From Felis catus (taxonomy: Eukaryota): a stretch of 64,000 nucleotides of DNA. The translations under genes were made by a program, and so were the position numbers. The stretch is taken from positions 9,920,001 to 9,984,000 of the forward strand of contig NC_058368.1 of assembly GCF_018350175.1 (NCBI RefSeq). The letters run 5' to 3'. How positions within the stretch are numbered: position 1 is the first letter of the stretch; every line of letters starts with the position of its first letter. The notes under the pieces were generated by a model. The model was not told where the DNA came from and ran no database searches. It was given only the letters and a program-made list of their open reading frames with translations. This document shows, in pieces, positions 26,450 through 38,695 of the stretch.

Positions 26450-26940
26450 AATTACATTTGCAAGTTTTGAATCTTTGAAAGGTAACCGCCTCGTGAATAT
26501 CTTAACCGAATCTATTGTCTTAAAAACTCAAAGGCAGAGAAAGCATGATGGCAAATGTTTGGATCCTAGAGATGTCGGGGAGAACAACAGCCACTTCTGT
26601 TCAGAACCTGCTCTTCGTGCACTTAGTGACAGACTGTATTACCTTGTCCCACAGCAGGCACTGCTCAAGTTCCCAGCATGGATATTGTACCATTTCTTGC
26701 CTTGAGATCCCGTAAGTCTGTCTATACTGCCTGCTATTGAGTAATTCATTTAGCCTTTAATATTAACCTATTCTTGTTCTTGGAAGAAAATGATTCAAGG
26801 GACAGTCAAGTGCCTAGCAGGCCTTGACTCAAACAGTTTTCCATTTGGTGGGGTGAACTGAGGCACAAATATCTCCTGTCGCCGTGATAGCTAGTGACCG
26901 TTAAGAGTCGACTCGAGTTGGAACAACCCGTATTTACTGC

Positions 26941-27390
26941 TGTATTCATTTCCTAGAGCTGTCATAACAACGTACAATAAACTGGGAGGCCTCACACAAC
27001 AGGAATTCATTCTGGAGGCTAGAAGTCCCAAATGGACATGTTGGCAGGCCATGCTCTCTCTGAAGGCTCCAGGAGAGAATCTTTTCCATGGTTTTCTCTC
27101 AACTCCTGGCATTGCCTGCAAACCTTGGCTTGTAGATCCATCACTCCAACCTGTGCCTCCATTGTCACATGTGCCTCTGTTGTCAGCCCCCCGTCCTCCG
27201 CCCCGAGTGTCTGTCTTCTTATAAGACACCAGTCATATTGGAAAATGGCCCCCCTGACCCCAGGATGATCTCATCCTAACTTAAATAACTACATCTGCAG
27301 TGACCCTTTTTGCAAATAAGATCACATTCTGAGGCTGCAGGCATTAGGACTTGAGGGTATCTTTCGGAGGATGCAATTCAACCAGTAACA
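26941..27390 (-). mobile_element. MaLR solo LTR (MLT1B/C-like)
   Basis: TGTATTCATTTCCTAGAGCTGTCATAACAA...TTCTGGAGGCTAGAAGTCC...CAATTCAACCAGTAACA. Confidence 0.85.
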
Positions 27391-27960
27391 GCTGCTAAGA
27401 CATGTCATGGAGTTTGTAAGGTGGGCCGGGACCAAGGTGCCAGGATTTTTTATTCTGCAAGGTCCAGGAACAAAGCCATGCTAACAGGAAGAACACATTT
27501 GCCTCAAGTCAAGCCAGACTGGGTTGCTACTCCAGATCACAACGGATTACGTCGCTCTCATTGTTGGGGACTCTGAAGTGGAGTGAAACACCCACCACCA
27601 CCATTGCCCTTGAATTAGAGCCCGACTCCAGCCGGAGGGGAAGAAGCCGGCTCGCAAAGACGCAGAACTGTAGGCAGGGAGCATTGTCAGGATTTTTGGG
27701 TCCCGGTCCTGGATGTGCCTAAGCCAACTTGCCTCCAGCCATGCCTGGGTATAAGAGCCCCCACATGTTCTTTGCTGCATTTCATTTTCTCCAATCCTAA
27801 ATTGGCAAAAGTTGAGCAGAAGAGAGGTTGTGCATCTGAGCAAAGCCTGAGAAGCTGGACTTTCCAAGACATAAGAAGGAGAACTTTCTGGAGATGTGGG
27901 ATGGTGGAAGGGGTGGGGGTTGAAGGGCTGGAAATGGTGGATGGGGAGGATTAGCTTTCT

Positions 27961-28190
27961 TTTTTATTTAAAAAAAACATTTTTTTTAACGTTTATATAA
28001 TTTTGAGACAGAGAGAGACAGAGCATGAACGGGGGAGGGGCAGAGAGAGAGGGAGACACAGAATCGGAAGCAGGCTCCAGGCTCTGAGCCGTCAGCCCAG
28101 AGCCCGACGCGGGGCTCGAACCCACCGACCGTGAGATCGTGACCTGAGCTGAAGTCGGACGCGTAACCGACTGAGCCACCCAGGTGCCCC
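27961..28190 (-). mobile_element. CanSINE (felid type)
   Basis: 14-bp TSD AGGATTAGCTTTCT. Confidence 0.95.
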
Positions 28191-28269
28191 AGGATTAGCT
28201 TTCTAAAGAGGGGAAGGAGTGAGGGCACCGGGCTGCGAGGGTAGAGTAGGAGACAGATTAAGTGGGGGT

Positions 28270-28780
28270 GACACAGACGTTTGAAAAGAGGAAGTGTCCA
28301 CGTGGGACACTTGTCCTTCTGTGGACCTGAACCTATGAGCCTTCCTCTCTGCAGGGTACAAGGAAATGAGTAAGTGAGATAACATTGCAACTTCGGGTCC
28401 TCTCCTTGCACCGCCTCTGACCCCACAGTCAGAAGACTGTACCAACCCCCATCCTCATCTGAAGTGTGTTTTGTCTGGTGAGGCTGGTGAGGCATGAGGC
28501 ACCCAGGAAAGGAACAGAAATCGCTTCCCGGCACATGGGACTAGGGAAGTGAAGGTGCCACAGCTCCGGCAGAGGTGAGGCTGAAGGGGCACCCGCTCCC
28601 ACTGTGGGGGCTCTGCAGGCCCTGATTTCCCCACCCCCACCTCTGCCCCTCTCTCCCCTCCCACCCCCGAGCCCCGTGCAAAGGGGGCGTTCAACACAGC
28701 TGGATGATCTTGCTAGAGCTCTGTAGAGTTGTTGTCACTGTAAACAGGGCCTCACACAACTCTGGGAAGTCAACAGAAGC
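28270..28780. promoter_or_regulatory. Candidate distal promoter/enhancer with ETS/PU.1 and E-box motifs
   Basis: AAAGAGGAAGTG at 28285-28296, CACGTG at 28299-28304, and further GGAAGT cores near 28545 and 28765. Lies just upstream of the putative distal exon. Confidence 0.4.
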
Positions 28781-28785
28781 AAAAA

Positions 28786-28908
28786 ATGCTGGCATTTAAC
28801 CGCAGCTCTCATGGAATGCACGGGAAAAGTCTGAAAACCTCTGAATTTGGGAAATCTTTAGGCCCCCTGGGGAGCCTTGGGAACATAGAAGATGTTGGCT
28901 GTCTCTGA
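28786..28908 (+). other. ALOX5AP: 40-codon ORF MLAFNRSSHGMHGKSLKTSEFGKSLGPLGSLGNIEDVGCL*, probable orthologue of the distal alternative first exon of human ALOX5AP
   Basis: ATG at 28786 and TGA at 28906-28908, read from the sequence. Ungapped similarity to the N-terminal extension of the long human FLAP isoform as recalled (shared LKTSEFGKS). Confidence 0.65.
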
Positions 28909-28917
28909 GGTGCTCGT

Positions 28918-28923
28918 TGTGCG

Positions 28924-28962
<39 letters not shown>
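28918..28962. repeat. (TG)n microsatellite directly after the putative distal exon
   Basis: Direct reading. Confidence 0.95.
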
Positions 28963-28963
<1 letters not shown>

Positions 28964-30204
28964 GGAGGCATCTTCTACGTGCCCCCCTACAAACCCACCT
29001 GAGTCTTCGGGCACATGCGGTGGTTTTAAGAGCCGACGGCTCCCAGAAGCGCGAAGGTCCTGGGACGTACGTCCAACTCCACCTACTTCTGAACCAAATT
29101 TCTTCTCCAGTCTTGTTCCATAAATCTGCATCATGGGGTCGCACTCCTAATCAGCAGCTAAGGGATTCTTACTTGCCTTGCACTAAATAATGGCGAGTCC
29201 CTGAAAGCTACTTTGTCGAGGGAACTCCCAGCCCTGGCTCTTTCTAAAGGGATGCTGAATAAGCATTAGGATAAGTGATGGATGTACTAACCTTAACAGA
29301 AAAAACCTGGGCCGCGTGTTCCGAGATTCATGAAGGGCTTAGACTATGTCTCCGTTCCTCTGGAGGGAGAGGCCAGAGGACCCCTTTTCCTCTCTCCTGA
29401 GAAAGACACCTGGGCAGGGAAGGGCTCCTTCCTCCTCACAGAAAGGCCTTTGCTGTGCAGGGGGAGGGGGAGGGCAAGGAGAGGGGGACATCCACAGGTG
29501 CGGAAACCAGGGGGGTGAGCGCTTCGTCATCGTTGTGTGTGAGTGATCCCTTTCCGCAGGCTGCACTCATTCTGTCCCGCTCTCCCTCCTCCCCTGGCTC
29601 CTGCCCGAGAGGCAGCGGCTGGCAGGGGGCTTGTCGGGGGGGGGACCCCTGCCAGGCTGCCAGCTGCCCGGGAGCCCAAGGGGTGCTCCGGGGACCAGCA
29701 CGTGGTGTGCAGTTCGCTGTCGGGCTCTCGTGGCCGCGCCAGAGGGGAGGACCCTAGACGTGGGAAACATTGGCAGGTGGTGCCGTTGGGGGACTTCTTG
29801 TGGCCTCTTAGAAGACCGCCTGCCAACGGGCCCTGGGCATTTGGCAGAACGTCTCCACTTAGCTTACGGTCTCTGGTTCCTGTTGGGAAACTCAGGGCTT
29901 GCCAAAGTGTTCATTTTACTAAGTGAACAACGCCATTCTCGGCTTCTGTCTTGCTACTCACTGCAGTCTTGTGCCGTGCTCCCCCTTTTGAGCGTCTGTC
30001 AAGGTCGTGAGAGATTAGCCCTTGGCGGGGGCGGGGCCCTTCCGAGGTCAGATCGTTTCTCAACTGGCTATGGCGTGTCGCAAGATATAGGAGGGCTGTC
30101 CTGGTCCTTGGGCTCGCCACCTTGCTCCTTCTCCAGGTTGACGTGCGCCCATGACCGGTTGCCTAAGCCCCCCGGGGCCTCCATGAAGCCCCTAGGTCTC
30201 ACTG

Positions 30205-30410
30205 GCTTTGGAGACTGACAAGTATGGCCTTAAGTACCGTGCTCTAACTTGCTGTGTGACCACGAACAAGTTGCTGGGGTTCTCTGAGCTTCACTCTTCT
30301 CATTTGCAAATGAGGGCAATCATCATAGGGACTTTGGAGACGTTGAGTACGAGCCACCTGGTACCGTGCCTGGTGTATTTACCGCACCAGATCTATGTTA
30401 CCTTTTGCTA
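30205..30410 (+). mobile_element. MIR fragment
   Basis: GCTGTGTGACC...CTCTGAGCTTCACTCTTCTCATTTGCAAATGAGG. Confidence 0.65.
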
Positions 30411-33000
30411 TTAGGAAGATTCTCTGCTGTGAGGAATACGGCTGTGCCACAGTGCCCTGGCCAAGGTGAAGGTGGTGCTGCCTTCTCAGGCAGTGGGCGT
30501 GCAGAGCATCTCCACGTGCATCCGGGCTCGCTCGGGAACCTGGATGCTTCTCTGTCGGCGGCACCGTGCAGGGGAAAAGGCAGCCGCAACCTATTAGCAA
30601 TTACGTTATTGTTATGATTCTCCGAAGCCAAAGCAACCTTGACTGGGACTTCGGTTTCACCTCCTGTTTACCGGGTGACCCCTCAGTCTCAGTGTTCTTC
30701 TCTGGATAAGGGGACAATAATACCTCTGCATAGGGTTGCTTTAAAGTCTAAATAAAGTGACGTGTGTAAGATTGCTTGCATTTAGCTGCATTCGATAAAT
30801 ATTCCCACATTGTCACTCACCTGTCTCCTTATTCTAGCTCTTGATTCTCTTGCCGGAAGTATGGACTTCAGACGACTAAGCTTGTTACGATCCTGTATAA
30901 AATGACCAGCCTTCTTAGGGCAGTTCAGAGAATCAAACGCTGTTTTGTTTGGTGAATAGTCTCCGTTAAATCTGTTTGAGTTGCTCAGGGTTGTCTTCGC
31001 TATGTCGGACTTCGCGGCGTGCGCTGGACAAGTGGGGCTCATGGACAAGTTCCACGTGAGTGAGGAGGGACAGGTGGGGCGGTTCTGCAGGTAAACTTGA
31101 GGCAAGTGCTCACTTGTGCATGTAATTCAAACACAGCCTGAGGACAACGAGGCTGTGGTTCAAATGCTCCTTTTTCCCTCTTTCCAAGGATACTTTTAAA
31201 ATGTGTGTTTGCGTTTGGAAAATGTGACTGGCATTTGTTTTGAGTTTTATAGTGTCACACACTATCGGATACTGTGGATTACTTAAACCTTAAGCCCTCT
31301 GGCCGACTAAAAAAACAAACCTCTAAGTGGTTCTCAGCAACCTTCATATACAATGTAAATTGCAATATCTATCAGGATATGTGAGAACATCTGTTTTTCT
31401 TCTAATGCAGTAAACATATAAGGGTCTCTCGGGACATATTTTAAATAGACTTAATACAACATGCAGGAATGATAAGCAAAATATAATCACGGTCTTAAGG
31501 GAATGTGAGCATTTCATATTAATAACACTGGAAACTTATGTTTAATGCAGTGCTAAAAGTTGACAATTAAGCATGTGAGAGTCAGGAAATTCAATTAAAA
31601 TTATCACAGTAATATGAATTTAGCCACATCCTGTATTGGTTATGAAATCCATTTAGCACCGCAAACAATAATGTTTTCGGCTGGTTTATTCAAAAGGAAA
31701 ACAGGAACAAAAACACTCTAATGCTATATATATTCTGGTACTGTGGTCAGGCTAATTTCGCTGGGGGAAGAAGTTTAACTTCTGAGTCTTTAAATGCCCC
31801 GTCATTCGATCTGAGTATTCTCTTTCCTTGCCTGTTGCGTCATTTCTGTCAATAAAATAAGGCCCAGCAACCCCCACAGGACTTCTCCTCCCCTCTCCCT
31901 GCTCTCTGCGGAGGACAAGGACCCGTCTGCCGCCCGAGGGCACCCTCCTGGGATTAGAGCCGCTCTTCTAATTTGTCCCTCCACCTCTCTGCGGGCGCTG
32001 TGGTCGCAGGGATCGGAATTCTGTGCGGATGCTCCACCCCTCATCTCGAGCTGGGAACCCCTTGTGGCCATGTACTTGGGGGGAAATGAAGCTTGTAATT
32101 CCATTCTCCGTCACGGCACAGGGTTCGTGGACCCTTCACTGAGTCTACTCCACATGCCCCCCCCCCCCCCCCCCCGTTCTGCCGGCCGCAGAAGTCCCTC
32201 TAGTCCTTTGCTATCCGAGACCACGGAAGACGGGCGTTCATTTTTAATACACACACGTCCGCAGCAGGTCTAATATTGCCACCTCACTGTCGTGTTGCCA
32301 CGCGACTGTGTGCGAGCTAGGGTGCTTATCAAGCATTCACTCGACGGTAGCCCGAGTCAACGTGGCACCGGGAACTTCAGCTGTGTGCCCACACGCTCCC
32401 CCCAGCAAAGGGCTGCAAGGGCAATGATAATGAAAGAGTCTCCAGAGAAACTTCTCAGGGAATTACACCAACACTCATCTGGAAGGTTGTCAGACCTCTG
32501 AGAATCACCCTTGGCTCCTCCTCCTTTTATCCCTCGTCCCTCGCTAACCCTTGCAGTGACTCTTCAAGAAACAGTCCTCCAACCCACCAACTTCTGCCCA
32601 AGGTCGCTGCCACCACGCCAAGTCTAACTCATCCCCTTTTCTCCATAGACCTCTGGCGCGGCCTCCCAGCTGCTCTCCCCGTCTCCACCCTGCTCAGCTG
32701 ATGGCAAATGCCCATCCTGTTTCGAGACAACTCCCCTTAAAGTCCTGGAGTGGCTTCTCTCTGTTCCCAAGATCATTTTGAAACTCCTGGCCGCACTGGC
32801 GAGGCCCTCGGTGAAGCGGTTCCCCAGGCCCCTCCCCTCCCATCTCCTCAATCTAGTTTCCAGCTAAATGCCCAGCGTTTCAGTTCCTCAGCTGCCTTGT
32901 GACCTTTCTCCTGCTCGGGATCTTTGAACACATCATTTCCTCTTTCCTCTCGTCTCTGCTAAGCTGATTCCTACTCATCCTTCAGGTTTTAACATAGATG

Positions 33001-33183
33001 TACAGGTCGAAGATTTGTCAACCCTGCATAGAGCAAGGCTATGGGTGCCATTTTTGCTCATTTAGTGTCTCTGTGTCACATTCTGGTAGTTCTCATCGTA
33101 TTTTATTATTTTATTTTGATGAAAAAATTATTTTAATGTTTATTTTGAGAGAGAGAGACAGAGTGTGAGCAGGGGAGGGGCAG

Positions 33184-33218
<35 letters not shown>

Positions 33219-34828
33219 CAGAATCCGAAGCAGGCTCCAGGCTCTGAGCTGGCAGCGCAGAGCCCGACACGGGGCTCGAACTCAAGAACTTCGAGATCAT
33301 GACCTGAACCGAAGTTGGGTGTTCAACTGACTGAGCCACCCAGGTGCTCCTGTCATGATATTTTAAACTTCATTATTATCCCATTTTTTACAGTGATCTG
33401 CGATTAGGGTTCTTTGATGTTATTATGGTCATTGTTTTTGGGGTGCCGGGAACCACGCTGATATAAGAAGGTGAAACGAATGGATAGATGTGTGTGTTCT
33501 GACTGTTCCCCTAACCAACCGTCCCTGTCTCTCTCCCTCTCCTCAGGCCTCCCTGTGCCCTGAGACGCAACGATATTGAAATAAGGCCAGTGAGTCACCC
33601 GACAGCGGCCTTTAAGTGCTCAAATGGAAGGAAGAGTCGTATGTCTCTCACCTTAAATGAAAAGCTAGAAATGATGAAGCTTCGTGAGAAACGTGTGTTG
33701 AAAGCCGAGACAGGCTGAAAGCGAGGTCTCTTGGGCCCAACCGGCAGCCGAGTTGCGAATGAAAAAAGAAAGTTATCGAAGGCCCTTAAAAGTGCGGCTC
33801 TAGTGACCACACAAATAAGAAAGTGAAGCAGCCTTACTGCTGGTGTGGAGGAAGTCTGAGCGGTCTGGATAGAAGGCCAAACCACAGCATTCCCTGAAGC
33901 CAAAGCCTGATCCAGAGCAAGGCTTAGCTCTCTGTAACGCTATGAAAGCAGAGAGAGGTAAGGAAGCCACTCGAGTTTAAAACCAGCAGAGGTGGGTTCC
34001 GTGAGGTTTAAGGAAAGAGGCCGTCTCCGTAACATGAAAGTACAGGGTGAATCTGTAAGCACTCGTGTAGAAGCTACAGCAAGTTCTCCAGAAGATCTGC
34101 CGAAGATAATTCATGAAGGTGGCTACACTCCAGAACAGACTTTCAGTGTAGGCCAAAGTGCCTTCTGTTGGAAGAAGATGCCACCGAGGACTTTCAGAGC
34201 TGGAGAGGAGAAGTCAATGGCTGCCTTCAAAGCTTCAAAGGACAGGCTGACTCTCTCGTTAGGGGCCAGTGCAGCTGATCACTTGAAGCTGAAGTCAATG
34301 CACATTGTCCATTCCAAAAATCCTGGGGCCCTTAAGAACTATGCTAAATCTGCTCTGTCTGTGCTCTATAAGTGGATCAGCAAAGCCTGGAGGACAGCAC
34401 ATCTGTTTACAACATGGCTTACTGAATATTTGAAGCTACTGTTGAGATCTTCTGGTCAGAAAAAAAGATACCTTCCAACAATTCTGCTCACTGACAATTC
34501 ACCTGTCACTCAAGAGCTCTGAAGGAGTTGTACAAGGAGATTAATATTTTTTTTGGATTAATGCTGTTTTCAGGCATGCTAATGCAACATCCATTCTATA
34601 GCTCATGAATCGAGAAGTAACTTTGACTTAGGAGTCTTAAGAAATACATCTTGTAAGGCTAGAGCTGCCATAAATAGTGATTTCTCTGATGGATCTGAGC
34701 AAAGTCCATTGAAAATCTTCTGGAAAGGATTCACTATTCTAGATGCCATTAAGAACATTCATGATTCATGGGAGGAGGTCAAAATATCAACACGCACAGG
34801 CGGTTGGCAGAAGTTGACTCCCACCCTC
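33001..34828 (+). mobile_element. Tigger1 (TcMar-Tigger/pogo) DNA transposon fossil, 3'-truncated and interrupted by a SINE
   Basis: ORF 33992-34522 translates to pogo transposase (FKERGRLRNMKVQGE, EGGYTPEQTFSV, WKKMPPRTF, FKASKDRLTL, KNYAKSAL). Flanks follow the recalled Tigger1 consensus, with frameshifts and stops. Confidence 0.92.
33105..33350 (-). mobile_element. CanSINE with an internal (CA)n, inside Tigger1
   Basis: SINEC body; Tigger1 sequence resumes after it. Confidence 0.92.
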
Positions 34829-35332
34829 CTCTCATCTCCCTGCCTAGTTCTGGGTTAGTGTGGACTACAGGAGGCATTTGACATGAATTTGGAAGGTAGA
34901 CGCGAACCAGCAGCCATCTTTTTATGCTTAGCAGTTAGGCAGGGCACATGGCTCTCTGGCACACACATTCTTGCCTATCTGCTGGCTCAACCAGTTGACT
35001 TAGGGCAGTTGGCTGGGCCCTCAGTTCTTGCAGCTTGTTCTAGGAACTCCTTCAGCTTCTCTGACTGGACTGTGACGAGGCTACCAGATTCTCTGGCAGA
35101 AAGCCGCAGTCATTGAGGTTTGGGCTTAAAGTCGGTGTGTGAAAGATATGGGTTCCAGCCTGTCCTCGTGGTTTCCTCACAGATTTTAGCGTCTGTCCAG
35201 TTCTTGCTTCCCCCGCTTCATGTACCTCTCTACCTGCCCCTGTTTGCCTGTCGGCTTGCCCTTTTAGATTTGAGGCTTCAGCACCAAATGGAGAACCACT
35301 TGTTCTCCACCAAGTGGAGAACGGAAGCTGTG

Positions 35333-36009
35333 CAGTTAAGGGTTGAACTGTGTCCTCCAAAAGACCTGTTGAAGTCCTAACCTCCCGTACCTCAGAATGT
35401 GACCTTGCTTGGTAATGGGGTCGTTGCAAATATAATGAATTAAGAAAGGTCACACTGGGGTAGGTTTTTTTTTTAATTTTTTTTTCAACGTTTTTTATTT
35501 ATTTTTGGGACAGAGAGAGACAGAGCATGAACGGGGGAGGGGCAGAGAGAGAGGGAGACACAGAATCGGAAACAGGCTCCAGGCTCCGAGCCATCAGCCC
35601 AGAGCCCGACGCGGGGCTCGAACTCACGGACCGCGAGATCGTGACCTGGCCGAAGTCGGACGCTCAACCGACTGCGCCACCCAGGCGCCCCTAGGGTGGA
35701 CTTTTGATCCAACATACTGTTGTCCTCATGAGAAGATGGCCATGTGAAGACAGAGACCTAAGGGATGAGCACTAGGTAGTGACAGGTACAGAGACTGAAG
35801 GGCTGCAGCTGCAAGCTAATGGACACCAAGGACTCTTGGCGACCACCAGAAGCTGGGGGGAGCAGAGAGGGACCTTCCCCTTATAGGTTTCAGAAGCTGA
35901 TGGCCCCGCCAACACCTTGATTTTGGATTTCTTCTACTCTCCAGAACTGTGTCCCGATAGATTTCTATTGTCTTAAATTTCTTTACAGCGACCCTAGAAA
36001 ACAAATACA
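35333..36009 (+). mobile_element. MaLR solo LTR (MLT1B/C-like) with a nested SINE
   Basis: GGGTTGAACTGTGTCCTCCAAAAGA...GTCCTAACCTCCCGTACCTCAGAATGTGACC...CCCTAGAAAACAAATACA. Confidence 0.85.
35465..35691 (-). mobile_element. Young SINEC_Fc-type SINE inside an MLT1 LTR
   Basis: Near-identical to the 13510 and 40545 copies. Confidence 0.95.
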
Positions 36010-36154
36010 TTCACATAGACAGTTGTGTAAGCTCGGATCCCTATGACACATGCATATACATGTATGGATTATATGTATAAATATAAATATGTAAACATGT
36101 ATAGAATCTTCTAGCAGCTCCGCTTCTCTGGTGAAACCCGGACTGTGACAAGAC

Positions 36155-37235
36155 ACGTGTTTTCATCCCTTTTGGACAAATATCTGAGAATGGACTGCCA
36201 GGTCATAGAGTGAATGTGGATTTAGCTTTTTAAGAAACTACCAAACTTTTTCCGAAGTGTTTTCATTTGTACTTTGCCCCTTTTTTACATTTACCACTTT
36301 ACGCTCTGACCAGAAATGGGTTGGGTTAAAGTCCCATTTGCTCCACGTCCTTGCTGACCATTCCAGAAGGTTTATGGTGGGATCTTTTACTTTGCGTTTC
36401 CCGATGACTAATGACACCGAGCATCTTTTCACGCACTTATCGGCCATTTGTAGATCTTCTTTTGTGACATGTCTGTTCAAGTCATTTACCCATTTTTTTT
36501 TTAAACGGGGATTGTTCATCTTCTTATCACTGGCTGGGAATAAGTTCTTTATATATTCTGGAGAGACTACATCCTTCATCAAGTTTATGTATTACAAGTA
36601 TTTTCTCCCTGTCTGTGGCTTGCCCTCTTATTCTCCGAATGGTGTCTTTTGAGGCACAAATGTTTTAAATTTTGATTTTTTTCTTTACCCAGCTCACACT
36701 TTTTGTGTCTTTAAAAAACAACGACAACTTTTTACAGCCTAGGGAATCAAGCCCATGGCATTGTAATAGCCTTGTCTGGTGACAGATGGCAGCTTCACTT
36801 GTGGTGAGCACAGGATAACATACAGACAAGTTGAATCACCATGTTGTATACCTGAAACTCATGTAATGTTGTATGTCAACTGTATACAGAATGAAAAAAT
36901 GAAAGAAAAAATAAAAAAATAAAAAAATGAAAAACAAATGAAAGATAAAATGAAAAATAAATGAAAGAAAAATTTAAAAAATGGAAGAAAAACTACTTTG
37001 CCCTCCATACGGTCACAAAGACTTCCTTTTATTTTTTTCTTCCAGAAGCTTTGCAGTTTTCGTTTTTAGGTTTGGGTTGAAGACCCATTTCTAGTTATAC
37101 GTGTGTGATTTGGGCGTAGGGTCAAGGTTCATTTTTCCCCCCCATGAATGGCCAGTTGTTCTAGAACCCTTTGTTTGAAAGACATTCCTTTCCTCATTGA
37201 ATTACTCTGTCAAAAATTAACTGGGCGTATATGAG
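36155..37235 (-). mobile_element. Old L1M ORF2 fragment containing a younger + strand L1 3' end (~36735-36990)
   Basis: Minus ORF KKWVNDLNRHVTKEDLQMADKCVKRCSVSLVI. The insert has GGTGACAGATGG...TACCTGAAACTCATGTAATG and an A-rich tail. Confidence 0.8.
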
Positions 37236-38695
37236 CCTCACAATTTTTTATTTCTATTAGAACTGAATGCGTCCACATCTGGTCATGCCCACTACTGGCC
37301 TCCTTTCCATAGAGAGCCTGTAAGGCAAGCTGATAGCTGGGGGAAAGGAACCCACACGAGATACCTGTTTTTGTATGACACACGTATGATGTTTTCTGCT
37401 CTTATGGGTGGCTTACTTAATCTTTCCACAAGCTCATAGCCACACACTGTGTTTTGTGTGTTTGTGATACGGGAGGGAAGACATTTCCTGGATGCTACCT
37501 CGGTTTCTTACAGTCTGCATTGAGTGTCTGCGGACTTCAGCTTCTATTCGTTTCTTTGCGCTGGTATTATCAGCTTATAGCTTGAGACTCTAGGACATGG
37601 AGATCGTATCTGTGAATGTCATTTTCCTTTGTAAAGCACCTAGCTCAATGCCCTGGGCGTGTGTGCAATTTAGTCAGTAGGACTGAGGTTATGGCCGATT
37701 CACTATCCCTCAGTTTCCTCATCTATTTATTGGCATGAAGGCTCATCTCTATTTAATTCAATTCAAGTCAGGACCATGGGCTGTTTGTTCACGTAAAGAA
37801 AGACCATCTGATAGTAGCTGGGGAAGGAGACTTGACAACTTTAATCAGGCTGATTTAGTTCTCTTGGAGACTATTGATGTGTGATATCTAGAACGCACCA
37901 TGGCCTGGTCTTTGTTGATATCAACTATCTTTCAGATCAACGTGGTCTGAATAGTTTTTAGAATAGCTGAAATTAAAGGAACTGCTTTGTACCCCTCCAC
38001 AGTATGCACCCGTGGGCCTGGGCTATATCTCTACATCCCAGCTAGAGTTGATGGCCCCAGCCCGGGAGAATTCTGTGCCTGCTGCCTCGCTCCCAGCACT
38101 TACGTACAGGGAAGTCTTCGTCCTGGTGAACACGGAGGGCCACCCTGTCTGGAAAGTGAAGGGAAGAGATATCATGGAACGGCAACATGTACTGGAGGGG
38201 AGATGAAGGATATGTGAATGTTGTTGCTTGACAGCCTACGAAGTGGCCCCGTGTTGCCATGGTGACGGAAGCCTGTTGACGCTAAGTGAGCAGCTCCCAT
38301 GTTTTTTATAGCAGCTGGTCAGTGCCACTGCCTTCTCTGAATTGCTGCCCCCCTGAGTGGCTGCGTGGCCCCAGCTGTCCTGATCTCTGTTGACAAATGG
38401 TTGTCCTTCACAGTCAAACTACCAGCAGTACTCTAATTAATGAATGTGCTAATTATCCTTCCCTACTCCCAGCACATTTGTCTAACTAACCTGTCACACG
38501 CTGTAAGTGCAGCACAGGCATGATCACAGGGGTGCTGGGAGCAGGGATCTGGGAGCAGAGGGCTGGGCTCACAGCTCGGAGCCGTGGGATAGTTCTAGTT
38601 AAACTACCTTTACAACAGTGGGGTGTCTGGGGAATATGTTATTTCCTGTGACGTGTATTTGTTTTCCTTTCCTTCCTTTTAAAAAAATCTTTCTT

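Larger units (their letters stand above)
34830..36150 (+). mobile_element. Old ERVL-type LTR (LTR33/MLT2-like), split by an MLT1 LTR
   Basis: The end GCTCCGCTTCTCTGGTGAAACCCGGACTGTGACA resembles ERVL LTR 3' ends. Confidence 0.5.

Noticed and set aside
1..28000. Exons of a neighbouring gene (USPL1 lies upstream in human, from memory)
   Set aside because: No coding exon recognised; the region reads as repeat-rich intergenic DNA.
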